From NCBI GenBank assembly GCA_023229365.1, contig JALNZK010000017.1:1393-65392 (forward strand): a DNA stretch of 64,000 bases, written 5' to 3'. The notes under the pieces were generated by a model, which did no database searches, had not been told where the DNA came from, and was given only the letters and a program-made list of their open reading frames with translations. Source of the DNA: Pseudomonadota bacterium. Lineage in GTDB: Bacteria > Myxococcota_A > Polyangia > JAAYKL01. The position numbers and the translations under genes were made by a program. Shown one piece after another: positions 37,133-46,535 of this stretch (the stretch's first letter is position 1; every line of letters begins with the position of its first letter).

Positions 37133-37963
37133 CTACCTGTCGTAGCGGTCGAAGAGCCCCTTGTAGTCCCTGTCCGTCGCCGCCCGGATGGAGGTGAGCG
37201 TGAGCGTCTTGCACAGCTCGGCGCCGTCCGGCCTGTCGCACATGCCGACGAGCGCCTTGCCCAGCGCCTCCGCGTCGGCAACGCCCGAGCCCATGACGAC
37301 GACGGCCGGGGCCGGCCCCGCCCTGGCGGTGTGGATGACGACGAGATCCGCGGCCTCCGGGAGCTCGCCCATCGAGTCGACCACGCTCTGGTCGACGACC
37401 GCCGCGTCGGCCTCGCCGCGAGCCACGTCCCTGAGCGACTTGAGCGGCCGCTTCTGCGGGACGAGCGTGAGGCTTCCCATCTTGACCCTCTTGTCGAGGA
37501 GCACGTTCACGACGAACTTCTCGTCGTTGACAACGACGCCCGAGAGCCGCTTGCCGGCGAGCCCCGCGATCGTGGGCACGCCGCCCTTCTTCGCGACGAT
37601 CGAATAGACCTCCTCGGATCGGCCGGCGACCTCGAGCTTCGCTATCACCTTCATGCCGAGCGCCTTGTGGTTCGTCGCGAGGATCGACGGGCCGACGAGC
37701 GCCACCGAGGGCCGCTTCGCCTTGATCGCGCGATCCGCCTCAACGCCGTCCGAGAGGTACACGCCCGAGACGCTGCCCGCGGGCTTCCCGAGCTTCTGCT
37801 CGAGGTGGCGGAGCATCTTGTCGATGTACGGCTGCGCCTGCGCGGACGTCCCCGGGAAGCCGGGCAGGCAGAGCAGCAGCTCGTCCACGGCCGCGAGCGC
37901 GGGTTGCACGACCCCGAAGAGCGCCGCAAGCGCGAGGACAGCGACTGCGATTCTACGGTTCAA
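37133..37963 (-). CDS. PhnD/SsuA-type periplasmic substrate-binding protein (stand-alone)
   Basis: TTG start with GGGAGGAGG Shine-Dalgarno. Signal peptide. PBP type-2 segments (VALVGPS, VVVMG). Confidence 0.55.
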   Translation of the reverse strand: MNRRIAVAVLALAALFGVVQPALAAVDELLLCLPGFPGTSAQAQPYIDKMLRHLEQKLGKPAGSVSGVYLSDGVEADRAIKAKRPSVALVGPSILATNHKALGMKVIAKLEVAGRSEEVYSIVAKKGGVPTIAGLAGKRLSGVVVNDEKFVVNVLLDKRVKMGSLTLVPQKRPLKSLRDVARGEADAAVVDQSVVDSMGELPEAADLVVIHTARAGPAPAVVVMGSGVADAEALGKALVGMCDRPDGAELCKTLTLTSIRAATDRDYKGLFDRYDR

Positions 37964-37983
37964 GGTGGCCTCCTCCCTTCGAC

Positions 37984-38739
37984 TCACTCGCCTCGCGTCA
38001 AGGCGCGCGTCGTGAAGGCGCTGTCCGGGATGCCCTGGTTCACCTTGCAGTCCAGGAAGCGCATCACGGTTTGGGAACCGGTCCTGTGATCCTGGAACGT
38101 CATCACCGACGGGATGCTCACGGCGCCGAAGTCCTTCCACTCGGTGCGGATCTGGCTCCGCACGAGCTTGCCAGCGCCGTCGTACGAATCGATCTTTTCG
38201 ACACCCTCCTGCTTCTTGGACACCGTGACCACGAGCTTGGAATAGATCGAGTCGTTCCCCGCGTCCGGCTTCAGCTCGAGCACCCAAGCGCTCTTGTCCT
38301 GCTTCAGGATCTTCGCCTTCCATCCGACCGACATCGTCGTGATGGCCATCTCCTCGGGCGTGACGTCCGTGCCCATGAACCCCTGGTTGCGCACGTGGGC
38401 TGCGATGCGGCGCACGCGCTTGTAGCTCGGCATGTAAACGTACATGAGCCCGTCGTTGGTCGTGAGCACGGCCATGTCGCGCACGTCTCCGGGCGCCGTG
38501 AACTTGACCATCTTCTGGAACAACCCCTTCAGCTTCACCTGGAACTCGAGCTTCTTCGTGATCTTGCCGTTGCGCACCACCTCGAGCGTGGCCTGGTAGG
38601 TCTGGTCCTTCACCTTGACCAGCACGGCGTCGACCTTCTTGAGGATGTCCCCGACCTCGTCGGCGGCCGCGTCCCGTGGGGCGACAAGCCCGAGCACCAG
38701 CGCCGCGACTGCGGTTGCCATCACCGTCTTCCTTGTCAT
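37984..38739 (-). CDS. LolA-like (outer-membrane lipoprotein carrier fold) periplasmic protein
   Basis: Signal peptide. About 230-aa all-beta-like sequence with the LolA-like family pattern. Confidence 0.45.
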   Translation of the reverse strand: MTRKTVMATAVAALVLGLVAPRDAAADEVGDILKKVDAVLVKVKDQTYQATLEVVRNGKITKKLEFQVKLKGLFQKMVKFTAPGDVRDMAVLTTNDGLMYVYMPSYKRVRRIAAHVRNQGFMGTDVTPEEMAITTMSVGWKAKILKQDKSAWVLELKPDAGNDSIYSKLVVTVSKKQEGVEKIDSYDGAGKLVRSQIRTEWKDFGAVSIPSVMTFQDHRTGSQTVMRFLDCKVNQGIPDSAFTTRALTRGE

Positions 38740-38993
38740 CAGTCCCTCTCCTTCACTTCAAGCTGGACGTGTTCGGAATCCGCGGTCCCACATTCCATCA
38801 ACGGCTCACCGTACGTCAAGTGGACACCACCGCCCGGTGCAAACCCACCCGTTCGACGGCCCGAGCGGACAACGTATTCAGCAACGCGCACGGCCGGAAA
38901 GCGCCGATTCAGCCGTTTTTCGACGGAATCATGATATTTTCTGCATACGATGCTCACCCTTGACACTTTTTCAGTATCATTTACCGTCAATCC

Positions 38994-40016
38994 ATGTCGT
39001 CGATAACTGGCTCCACGACGCCGAACGGCGGCGGTGAGCTGATGCAGCCGCGGGCCGTCGACCGTTGGCCGCGCGGCATCGCGTGCGACGGCGGTTTCAA
39101 GCTTCTCGGCACGCCGCTCGGCTTCGCCGGCAGCCGGCACCCCGGGCTCCTCTTCTACTCCAGCATCGACGAGACGGTCCCGGCGCAGGGGCAACGCATC
39201 CTCGCCACGCCGTTCGCCGCCGCCGCGATCGGCGCCTCGGTGCGCGACCTCGACGCGCTCGTGCTCGACTACGAACGGAAGGTGCGGCTCGGCCGCATGG
39301 ACATCCGCCTCCTGTCGTCGGGGTTCGGCCCGGGCTCGGCGCTCCTGGAGATCGGGTTTCAAGAACGCCGCATCCTCTACTGCGGCGCGGCTCGCACCGC
39401 GACGCCGGTCCTGGGTCTTCCCGCCGAACCGTCGCGCTGCGACCTCCTGCTGCTCGACGCGGCGCCCGCCGCCCCGCGCGGAATAGCGCCGCGGACAGCT
39501 GCCCGACGCCTCGACGAGGCCGTCCGGAAGGCGATCGCCGAGGGCGCCGTGGCCGCCGTCTCCTGCGGCTCGCGCACGGCGGCGATCGAGGCCGCGCACG
39601 TCCTCGGCCAGATCGAGGTCCCGCTGCTCGCGTGCAGGCCGATCTTCGAGATGTTGCGCCGGATCGAGCGGTTCGGCGTCGTGCTCCCGCGGCTTCGGCG
39701 GCTCGAGCAACAGTGGCCCGACTCCGGCGCGGTGCTCCACTACGCGCACCTCCTGCCGGACGCCGCGCACGAGGCGCGAACGACGCGGGTTTTCGCCGTG
39801 GGGCCGGCCGCGACCGTGCGTCCGGAGGGCGGCGCCGCGATCCGCATGGGCGAGGGAGCCGACCGCTCGGGCCTCGTCGAGCTCGCGCTGCGGACCGGGG
39901 CGACCCAAGTGGCGCTCGGCCCCCGGTGCGACGCGCAGACCGCCGCCATGCTCGAGAAGGCCGGCGCGGCCGTGTACCGCGTGCACGATCCGATGCAGAT
40001 TCCGCTCCCCCTATGA
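38994..40016 (+). CDS. hypothetical protein (possibly degenerate MBL-like fold)
   Basis: High GC3 in this frame. Low-GC promoter-like region upstream. Confidence 0.35.
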   Translation: MSSITGSTTPNGGGELMQPRAVDRWPRGIACDGGFKLLGTPLGFAGSRHPGLLFYSSIDETVPAQGQRILATPFAAAAIGASVRDLDALVLDYERKVRLGRMDIRLLSSGFGPGSALLEIGFQERRILYCGAARTATPVLGLPAEPSRCDLLLLDAAPAAPRGIAPRTAARRLDEAVRKAIAEGAVAAVSCGSRTAAIEAAHVLGQIEVPLLACRPIFEMLRRIERFGVVLPRLRRLEQQWPDSGAVLHYAHLLPDAAHEARTTRVFAVGPAATVRPEGGAAIRMGEGADRSGLVELALRTGATQVALGPRCDAQTAAMLEKAGAAVYRVHDPMQIPLPL

Positions 40017-40116
40017 TCCGATTCCTTCCCGCGACTTCGTTGACAGCCGGGCGAACGGAATCATATACATGCCGAATGCGGTCCGACGCCGCACCGAAAA
40101 CCAACGAGGTCCAGAG

Positions 40117-40443
40117 ATGATCGACATGATGAAAGAGAAGCTCGTGTCCGGCGGGATGAAGCTGATGCAGTCGCCAGCCGTGGCCAAGCTGATGGAGAGC
40201 GAGAAGATGGGCGTCCTGCTCGAGAAGGCGATGTCCGTGCCTATCAAGCTGTCCGAGGGCTTCCGCGCCAAGCGCGAGCGGATGACCGCGCTGTTCGAGC
40301 TCGCGACCCAGCAGGATCTCGACGAGGTGAAGCGTTCGGTCGCGCGCATGGAGGATCTGCTGCACGAGATCAAGAACGCGTCGAGCGACCTCTTGGACAA
40401 GACCGGCGCCGAGGCCGGGGCCAAGGAGCCCGTCGCGCGCTGA
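40117..40443 (+). CDS. small helical hypothetical protein
   Basis: GAGG Shine-Dalgarno then ATG. Amphipathic helices. Confidence 0.35.
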   Translation: MIDMMKEKLVSGGMKLMQSPAVAKLMESEKMGVLLEKAMSVPIKLSEGFRAKRERMTALFELATQQDLDEVKRSVARMEDLLHEIKNASSDLLDKTGAEAGAKEPVAR

Positions 40444-40456
40444 GAAGGGGGGCGAG

Positions 40457-41353
40457 ATGACACGACGTCGGAACGCGCTCTGGGTGGCCGCGGGTATCCT
40501 GCTCGCGTCGCACGCGGCGCTCGCCGAGCCGCAGAAGGGCGACGGGGCGATCGGCTTCGGCGAGGAGGGTGCCGAGGAGGCCGCCCCCGCGACGGCCGAG
40601 CGGCCTCCCTCGGACGACGCGGCGTTCCTCGAGGGCAAGCAGACCGAGGAGGAGAAGCTGCTCGCCGCGCCCGAGGTGGACAAGGAAGCCGCGCGCGCGG
40701 AGGAGCCGGGGAAGGCGTACTTCCTGCTCGGCGCGCGGTTGCGCTGGATCATGATCCCCACCTGGTTCATCGACATGTTCGGCGTGGACATCCGATCGCG
40801 CGACAGCCGCCACCTGCTCATCAACAACGTCGGCGCCGGCGCGGAGTTCACCTACCGGAAGGACGGGCTCGACATCACGGCCGCGATCTGGTGGGTGGGC
40901 CTGCGCTGGAAGGACGGCGTGGCGTTCAAGGAGTCCGGGGAGGAGCCGAACAGCTGGGAGGTCGTGACGAACGATCTGAGCTCCCTCCTCTTCTCGGTGG
41001 ATTTCATCTGGAGCACGAGCTTCACCGACTGGTTCGCGATCACGTACGGCGCCGGGCTCGGCATTGGCGTCCCGATCGCCCCGGACAACGAGCCGTTCGT
41101 GCGCACCGAGTCGCGCAACCCCGATCCGCTCACGCCGTGCACCGCCGCGGACAGGGACGACGGCGACGACAGCGACTGGTGCGCCAAGGGCGAGGAGTAC
41201 GGCGAGGTGTACAAGCTGCCGACCGGCATCGTGCCGTGGATCAACTTCCTGTTCGGCCTGCGCTTCAAGCCGCACAGGAACGTCGCGGTCTACGTCGACG
41301 CCGGCTTCGGCCTCGGGTTCCAGTTGGGCGTGCGCGGCGGCTACGTGTTCTGA
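40457..41353 (+). CDS. outer-membrane beta-barrel-like protein
   Basis: Signal peptide ending AHAALA. Ends in GGYVF. Confidence 0.5.
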   Translation: MTRRRNALWVAAGILLASHAALAEPQKGDGAIGFGEEGAEEAAPATAERPPSDDAAFLEGKQTEEEKLLAAPEVDKEAARAEEPGKAYFLLGARLRWIMIPTWFIDMFGVDIRSRDSRHLLINNVGAGAEFTYRKDGLDITAAIWWVGLRWKDGVAFKESGEEPNSWEVVTNDLSSLLFSVDFIWSTSFTDWFAITYGAGLGIGVPIAPDNEPFVRTESRNPDPLTPCTAADRDDGDDSDWCAKGEEYGEVYKLPTGIVPWINFLFGLRFKPHRNVAVYVDAGFGLGFQLGVRGGYVF

Positions 41354-41585
41354 TCCCCTCGGGAACGGCGCGCGCCGCGATTTCTCTTTCGACAGAATCC
41401 CTTTCAGCTCTGCAATGCGGAATGCCGCGCCAGCGTATTTTGCCATTCTGGATTCGCTTCCCATCGCCAGCGGCGGCATGCGGGGGGAGAGCCGCACGGG
41501 CAGCCGTCCTCTGCTGGTTTTCCTTTTTAACGTGGCATGAAGATTGCAGTTTTTCAAAATCAAAGCGGCGAATTCGTCCCGGATG

Positions 41586-41622
41586 CCCCCCCCCACATCC
41601 ACCGAGTTCGCCGTTTTTTTTT
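41586..41622. repeat. C9 and T9 homopolymer tracts 19 nt apart, 40-75 bp upstream of the coiled-coil gene
   Basis: Direct reading: ggatgCCCCCCCCCacatccaccgagttcgccgTTTTTTTTTgtttag. Confidence 0.8.
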
Positions 41623-41662
41623 GTTTAGTGCCTCACGCTCGCCCACATTAGAATGCTCCGGC

Positions 41663-44600
41663 ATGAACTCCGGCGCGCACATTCCGCCGTACCTCCTCTG
41701 CGAGCGGTTCGCGGATGGCTGCACGGTCGCCGATCTGTTCCCGATCGACGATCGCGGCGCGACGCTGCTCGCCGAGGTCGCCGCGCGGGTCGTCCTCGTC
41801 GCTCCGCGCGGGATGAGCGGCGCGCCCGGTTCCCGACTGACTCGCGTCGCCGCGCGCCCCGACGACCTCCCTCTGGCCAGGGGTGCGTACGATCTCGTGC
41901 TCGCGCTGAACCCGGAGGGAGCGGGCGGCGCGGCCGGCCTCGAGGCGCTCCTCAAGGCAGCGAGGGCCGCGGTGTCGGCGACCGGCCTGATCGCCGCGAT
42001 GATCCCGAACCGCGCGAACGCGGGGCTCGACGGGGGATCGCGGGCCGACTATCCGGACCTCATGGAGTTCGAGCGCCTCCTGCGGCGCCACTTCCCGCAC
42101 GTGAACGTGTTCGGCGCCCAGCCCCTCTACGGCGCGGTGCTCACGCCGCTCGGCCGCCGCGCGAGCGCCGAGCCGCCGATCTTCGACGATCGCCTCCTGC
42201 CGGACGGCGGCGAGCCGCCCTCCCACTTCCTCGCGCTCTGCTCGCACAGGTACCAGCGGCTCGAGGACACGACGATCGCCCAGGTCCCGTTCGTCGATCT
42301 CGCGGACGGCGTCCGGGCGCGGACCGAGAAGCTCGAGAGCACGCTCACGGTGCTGCGCCTCGAGAACGACGCGCGGGGCCGCGAGCTCGAGTCGCAGGGG
42401 AGGCGGCTGCGCGAGCTGGAGGAGGAGCTCGCGCGGACCCAGTTCGAGCGCCGTGATCGCGCCTCGCTGAACGCGGAGAACGCGCGCCTCGAGGAGGCCG
42501 TCCGCCGAAGGGACGCGCTGCTCGCCGAGGCGCAGGCGGAGCTGGATGACGAGCGGCGCGGCGGGGGCGCGAGAACCGAGGAGCTCCTCGAGGCGAAGCT
42601 CAGGCTCCGGCAGCTCGAGCAGCGGCTCTCCGACGCCGATCTGGCGGCCCAGCACGCGGCGAAGGAACGCGACGAGGCCGAGGCGGCACGCGCGCGGCTG
42701 CAGTCCCTGCTCGCGGACACCGCGAGCGAGGGGAAGACCCGCCAGCGCGAGCTCGACGATCGGATGGAGGTGATCGCCGGGCTCGAGGTCGAGGTCGGGG
42801 CGCTTCGGACCGAGAGCTCACGGCTCAAGCAGGAGCTCCTCGCGACCCGCGAGGCGGCGCGCCGGACCGCGGTCGACAGATCCGAGATCGATGACGCCTC
42901 TGCGCGGGCGGAGTCCACGGCCGCGCAGCTCGCCCGCGCGCTCGACGACGCGGCGATCGAGCGCGAGCGTTTCGACCGGCGCCTCGAGGAGGCCCACCAG
43001 AGGCTGCGGGACGAGGGCGCCGCGAAGAGCGAGATCGAGCGGGAGCGCGCGGCCATCAGGCAGCAGCTCGACGATCTCGCGGCGCTGCGCGACAGGGAGC
43101 TCGCCTCGGCGCGGCAGGCCGCGGCCACCGCGCTCGCGCAGCAGGAGCGGATCGGACAGGAGGCCGCGCGCCTGCGCGACGAGCTCGAACGTGCGGCCGC
43201 CCATTCGGACGATCTCGAGGAGAAGCTCACCGCGGTGAACCGCGAGCGCGGCACCGCCGCCGCCCGCCTCGAACGCCAGGAGAGGTCGCTCGCCGATCTG
43301 CGCGGCGTCGTCGCCGAGCTCTCCGACGAGTCGGGGCGCCGCGCGCTTCTCGTCGAGACGCTCACGTCCCGCGCGGAGCTCGCCGAGGCGAACGCCGCGA
43401 AGCACGAGGAGAACAGCCGGGCACTGCACGGCGCCCTGACGTCCGCCGAGCGGGAGATCGCGGAGCTCCGCGCCCGCGTCGCCCAGGCTGAGGCGGTGGA
43501 GGCGGAGCGCGACGTGGCGCTGCGCGACGTCGCCAACCTGCGCGCCGAGGTCGCGAGAATCCGCCCGGAGGCGAACGCCGCTGCGAGCGCCCGACAGCGC
43601 GCCGCGACCACCGAGGCGCTGCTCGTCGAGCGCGAGAGCGCGTCGACGGTGCTCGAGATCGAGCGGGAGGAGCTGCGGGTGCGCGCCGCCTCCCTCGAGG
43701 CCGAGCTCGAAGGACGCGAGAAGGCGATCGCGGCCCTCGAGGCCGAGCTCGAAGGACGTGAGAAGGCGATCGCGACCCTCGAGGCCGAGCTCGAAGGGCG
43801 CGAGAAGTCGATCGCCTCCTTCGAGGCAGAGCTCGTGGGGCGCGAGAAGTCGATCGTTTCCCTCGAAGCCGAGCTCGCGGGGCGCGAGACGGCGATCGCC
43901 TCCCTCGAGGCCGAGCTGCGGGAGCTCCGGGAGCACGCCGAGGCGCAGAACCGGGATCTCACGGCGGCGCTCGAATCGCTCGCGGTGAGCGAGGAGACCG
44001 TCGAGACGCGCATGCAGACCGCGGCGGATCGCATCCGCGCGATGAAGGCCGACCTGAAGCGCCTCACCGAGGAGAACGAGACCGAGCTCCTGAAGGTGCG
44101 CGAGGATCTCGAGACGGAGCTGCGGACGACGAGCGCGCAGCTCGAACGGCGCGAGGGCGAGATATGGGAGCTGAAGGAGGAGATCCTGCGGCTGCACGCC
44201 CAGGTCGTGGCGACCGTCGCCTCGCAAGCCTCCGCGGGTGCGATGTCGGAGCTCCAGCAGTCGCTCACGGATCAGGAGAACCAGATCTTCGCGCTCGGCG
44301 AGGAGCGGGACCGGATCCGCACCGAGAACGAGCGTCTCGCGCGGTCCGTCGGCAGGGCCAAGAAGAACGTCCGCATCCTGATCACGCTGCTCCGGAAGGA
44401 GCGGAGCCTCCGGCGCGAGGCCGCCGCCGGCGACGCGGAGCTCGCCCCCACTCTCTCCGACGCCGATCTCGAGATGATCGCCGAGATCGCCGACACGGCG
44501 AACGAGTCGGACGACATGCTCGGCGCCATCGACGACCGCCTCTCTTCCCGCCCCGCGCCGGTCGCTCCGTACCGCGAGACCGCGGCGGAGGTGGACTCCG

Positions 44601-44695
44601 TGATGGACAGCCTCCGCGTCGCGGCGCCGCGCGGGGACGACGAGCCGACCGAGGAGGTCGACACGACGAAAGGACGGACGCGCAACCCGTCTTGA
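41663..44695 (+). CDS. large coiled-coil protein (about 1010 aa) with degenerate methyltransferase-like N-terminal domain
   Basis: About 800 residues of heptad-like E/R/A/L-rich sequence. Internal 14-aa x5 repeat. Confidence 0.6.
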   Translation: MNSGAHIPPYLLCERFADGCTVADLFPIDDRGATLLAEVAARVVLVAPRGMSGAPGSRLTRVAARPDDLPLARGAYDLVLALNPEGAGGAAGLEALLKAARAAVSATGLIAAMIPNRANAGLDGGSRADYPDLMEFERLLRRHFPHVNVFGAQPLYGAVLTPLGRRASAEPPIFDDRLLPDGGEPPSHFLALCSHRYQRLEDTTIAQVPFVDLADGVRARTEKLESTLTVLRLENDARGRELESQGRRLRELEEELARTQFERRDRASLNAENARLEEAVRRRDALLAEAQAELDDERRGGGARTEELLEAKLRLRQLEQRLSDADLAAQHAAKERDEAEAARARLQSLLADTASEGKTRQRELDDRMEVIAGLEVEVGALRTESSRLKQELLATREAARRTAVDRSEIDDASARAESTAAQLARALDDAAIERERFDRRLEEAHQRLRDEGAAKSEIERERAAIRQQLDDLAALRDRELASARQAAATALAQQERIGQEAARLRDELERAAAHSDDLEEKLTAVNRERGTAAARLERQERSLADLRGVVAELSDESGRRALLVETLTSRAELAEANAAKHEENSRALHGALTSAEREIAELRARVAQAEAVEAERDVALRDVANLRAEVARIRPEANAAASARQRAATTEALLVERESASTVLEIEREELRVRAASLEAELEGREKAIAALEAELEGREKAIATLEAELEGREKSIASFEAELVGREKSIVSLEAELAGRETAIASLEAELRELREHAEAQNRDLTAALESLAVSEETVETRMQTAADRIRAMKADLKRLTEENETELLKVREDLETELRTTSAQLERREGEIWELKEEILRLHAQVVATVASQASAGAMSELQQSLTDQENQIFALGEERDRIRTENERLARSVGRAKKNVRILITLLRKERSLRREAAAGDAELAPTLSDADLEMIAEIADTANESDDMLGAIDDRLSSRPAPVAPYRETAAEVDSVMDSLRVAAPRGDDEPTEEVDTTKGRTRNPS
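43697..43906 (+). repeat. 42-bp x5 tandem repeat (LEAELEGREKAIAA units) within the coiled-coil gene
   Basis: Direct reading: five diverged copies of gaggccgagctcgaaggacgcgagaaggcgatcgcggccctc. Confidence 0.8.
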
Positions 44696-44730
44696 CACCC
44701 CGCCCAGGTGTTGTAAGAAGAAACGCCCGC

Positions 44731-44814
44731 GCGAAAGTGGCGGAATTGGTAGACGCACAGGCTTCAGGTGCCTGCGCCCGCAAGGGTGTGGGGGTTCGAG
44801 TCCCCCCTTTCGCA
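44731..44814 (+). tRNA. tRNA-Leu (anticodon CAG), type II with long variable arm; CCA not encoded
   Basis: Acceptor GCGAAAG/CTTTCGC. D-loop AATTGGTAGA. Anticodon loop TTCAGGT. T-arm GGGGGTTCGAGTCCCCC. Near-identical to E. coli tRNA-Leu1. Confidence 0.85.
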
Positions 44815-44815
44815 A

Positions 44816-46534
44816 TCAGCTCGAGATCTCGGCCACAGGGGGGGACACCAACCGGAGCCCGGGGACGTCGCCGCCGCGCCACTCGTCCGCGCTGATCGTC
44901 GCCGCAACGCGCACCAGAGGCGGCATCCGGTCGGCGAGCCCGCCCATCCTCGGGCCGAACGCGGAGACGGTTCCCGTCGGCGTCTTGAGCTCGAGCTTGA
45001 GGTGCGAGCCGCCGACGACGCGCCCGTCGAGCACGTCGAGCCCCGTGATCTCGAACACCGGCTCCGGGTTCCCGTTGCCGAACGGACCCAGCCGGTCGAG
45101 CTCCCCGAGGATCGCGGCGTTGAGCTGCCGCGCCGTGATGGACGCGTCGCACACGAGCGCCCGCTCCTTCGTGGCGATCGCCGCCCCACGCGCGTGATCC
45201 TCGATGGCGCGGGTCGCCGCCGCGAACCTCCCGCGCGTCACGACGAACCCCGCCGCGTCGCCGTGGCCGCCGAACCGCACGAGCTGCGCGGAGCAGGCGT
45301 TCAGAGTCGCGAACAGGTTGAGCTGCCCCTGCGCGCGCGCGGAGCCGGTGCCGACGTCCCCCTCGAACCCCACGACGAACGCCGGGCGGCCGAACTCCTC
45401 GCTGAGCCGCGCGGCGACGATCCCGATCACGCCGCGGTGCCACCCCTCCCCGCCGACGATGATGACGTGCGGATCGTCGACCAGCACCTCCTCCGCCCGC
45501 CGCCGCGCCTCGGTCGCGACCTGCTCCTCGACGCTGCGGCGCTGCAGCGTGTGCTGCTCCAGACGCTCGGCGAGGAGCGAGGCCTGACGCACGTCCCGCG
45601 AAAGGAGGAGCGCCAGCGAGTCCTCGGCGCTCGCCACCCGCCCCGCGGCGTTCAGGCGCGGCGCGAGCTGGTACGCGATGTGCTCGGTGCGGATCTTCCG
45701 CGAGCGGATGCGCGCCGAGCGGAAGAGCGCCGTCAGTCCGGGCCGCGGGCTCGCCGACATCTGCCGCAGGCCGTGGCGCACGAGGATGCGGTTGTTCCCG
45801 ACGAGCGGCACGACGTCGGCGACGGTCCCGAGGGCGACGAGATCCAGGAACGATCTGGGATCGACCGCCTTGCGCTCGAGGTGCCGCCGCTTCTCCAGGG
45901 CGGCGCGCACCGCGGCGACGTAGTAGAACGCGAGCCCGACCGCCGCCATCGTCTTGTCCGCGAAGCCGCAGTCCTCCCGCTGGGGATTGATGCACGCGAC
46001 GACCCGCGGCAGCGGCGCCTCGACGCGGTGGTGGTCGACGATCACGACGTCCACGCCCAGGGCGGTCGCGCGCTCGACCGCGCGGTGGTCGCTCGAGCCG
46101 CAGTCGAGGGCGACGACGAGCGTGCACCCGGCCGCCGCGAAGCGCTCGATCACCTCCGGCCCGAGCCCGTAGCCGCCGGAGAAGCGATCGGCGACGGTCG
46201 TCTCGGTCGGCGTCCCCACCTCGCCGAGGAACCCCGTCACGAGCGCCGCGCTCGTCACGCCGTCGACGTCGTAGTCGCCGAAGACGCCGACGCGCTCGCC
46301 GCTGACCACGGCGCGCGCGGTCCTGTCGGCGGCGACGTCGAGATCCGCCATGCCGTCAGGCCTGGACAGGTCGGCGAGCCGCGGTTCCAGGAACGCGCGG
46401 ACGCGCTCCGCGTCGCGCAGCCCCCGCAGGACGAGGCACCGCGCCACGGGGAGGCTCATCTCGAGCTCGCGCGCCAGGCCCTGGATCTGCGCCGAGTCGA
46501 CCTCGGCGACGGACCGTGTGGCCCGTTCGAGCAA
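44816..46534 (-). CDS. recJ: single-stranded-DNA-specific exonuclease RecJ
   Basis: DHH motifs (DYDVDGVTS, DHH) and DHHA1 domain along the full length. Confidence 0.9.
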   Translation of the reverse strand: MLERATRSVAEVDSAQIQGLARELEMSLPVARCLVLRGLRDAERVRAFLEPRLADLSRPDGMADLDVAADRTARAVVSGERVGVFGDYDVDGVTSAALVTGFLGEVGTPTETTVADRFSGGYGLGPEVIERFAAAGCTLVVALDCGSSDHRAVERATALGVDVVIVDHHRVEAPLPRVVACINPQREDCGFADKTMAAVGLAFYYVAAVRAALEKRRHLERKAVDPRSFLDLVALGTVADVVPLVGNNRILVRHGLRQMSASPRPGLTALFRSARIRSRKIRTEHIAYQLAPRLNAAGRVASAEDSLALLLSRDVRQASLLAERLEQHTLQRRSVEEQVATEARRRAEEVLVDDPHVIIVGGEGWHRGVIGIVAARLSEEFGRPAFVVGFEGDVGTGSARAQGQLNLFATLNACSAQLVRFGGHGDAAGFVVTRGRFAAATRAIEDHARGAAIATKERALVCDASITARQLNAAILGELDRLGPFGNGNPEPVFEITGLDVLDGRVVGGSHLKLELKTPTGTVSAFGPRMGGLADRMPPLVRVAATISADEWRGGDVPGLRLVSPPVAEISS

Positions 46535-46535
46535 C

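Noticed and set aside
44700-44830. tRNA-Leu as an integration site / genomic island boundary
   Set aside because: No integrase, no direct repeat of the tRNA 3' end, and housekeeping genes (recJ-secF-secD-yajC) follow immediately.
42127-46127. Antisense ORFs 42127..44268(-), 42818..44815(-), 44164..44895(+) and 44382..46127(-)
   Set aside because: S/R-rich shadows of the coiled-coil gene and recJ. One would run through the tRNA-Leu gene.
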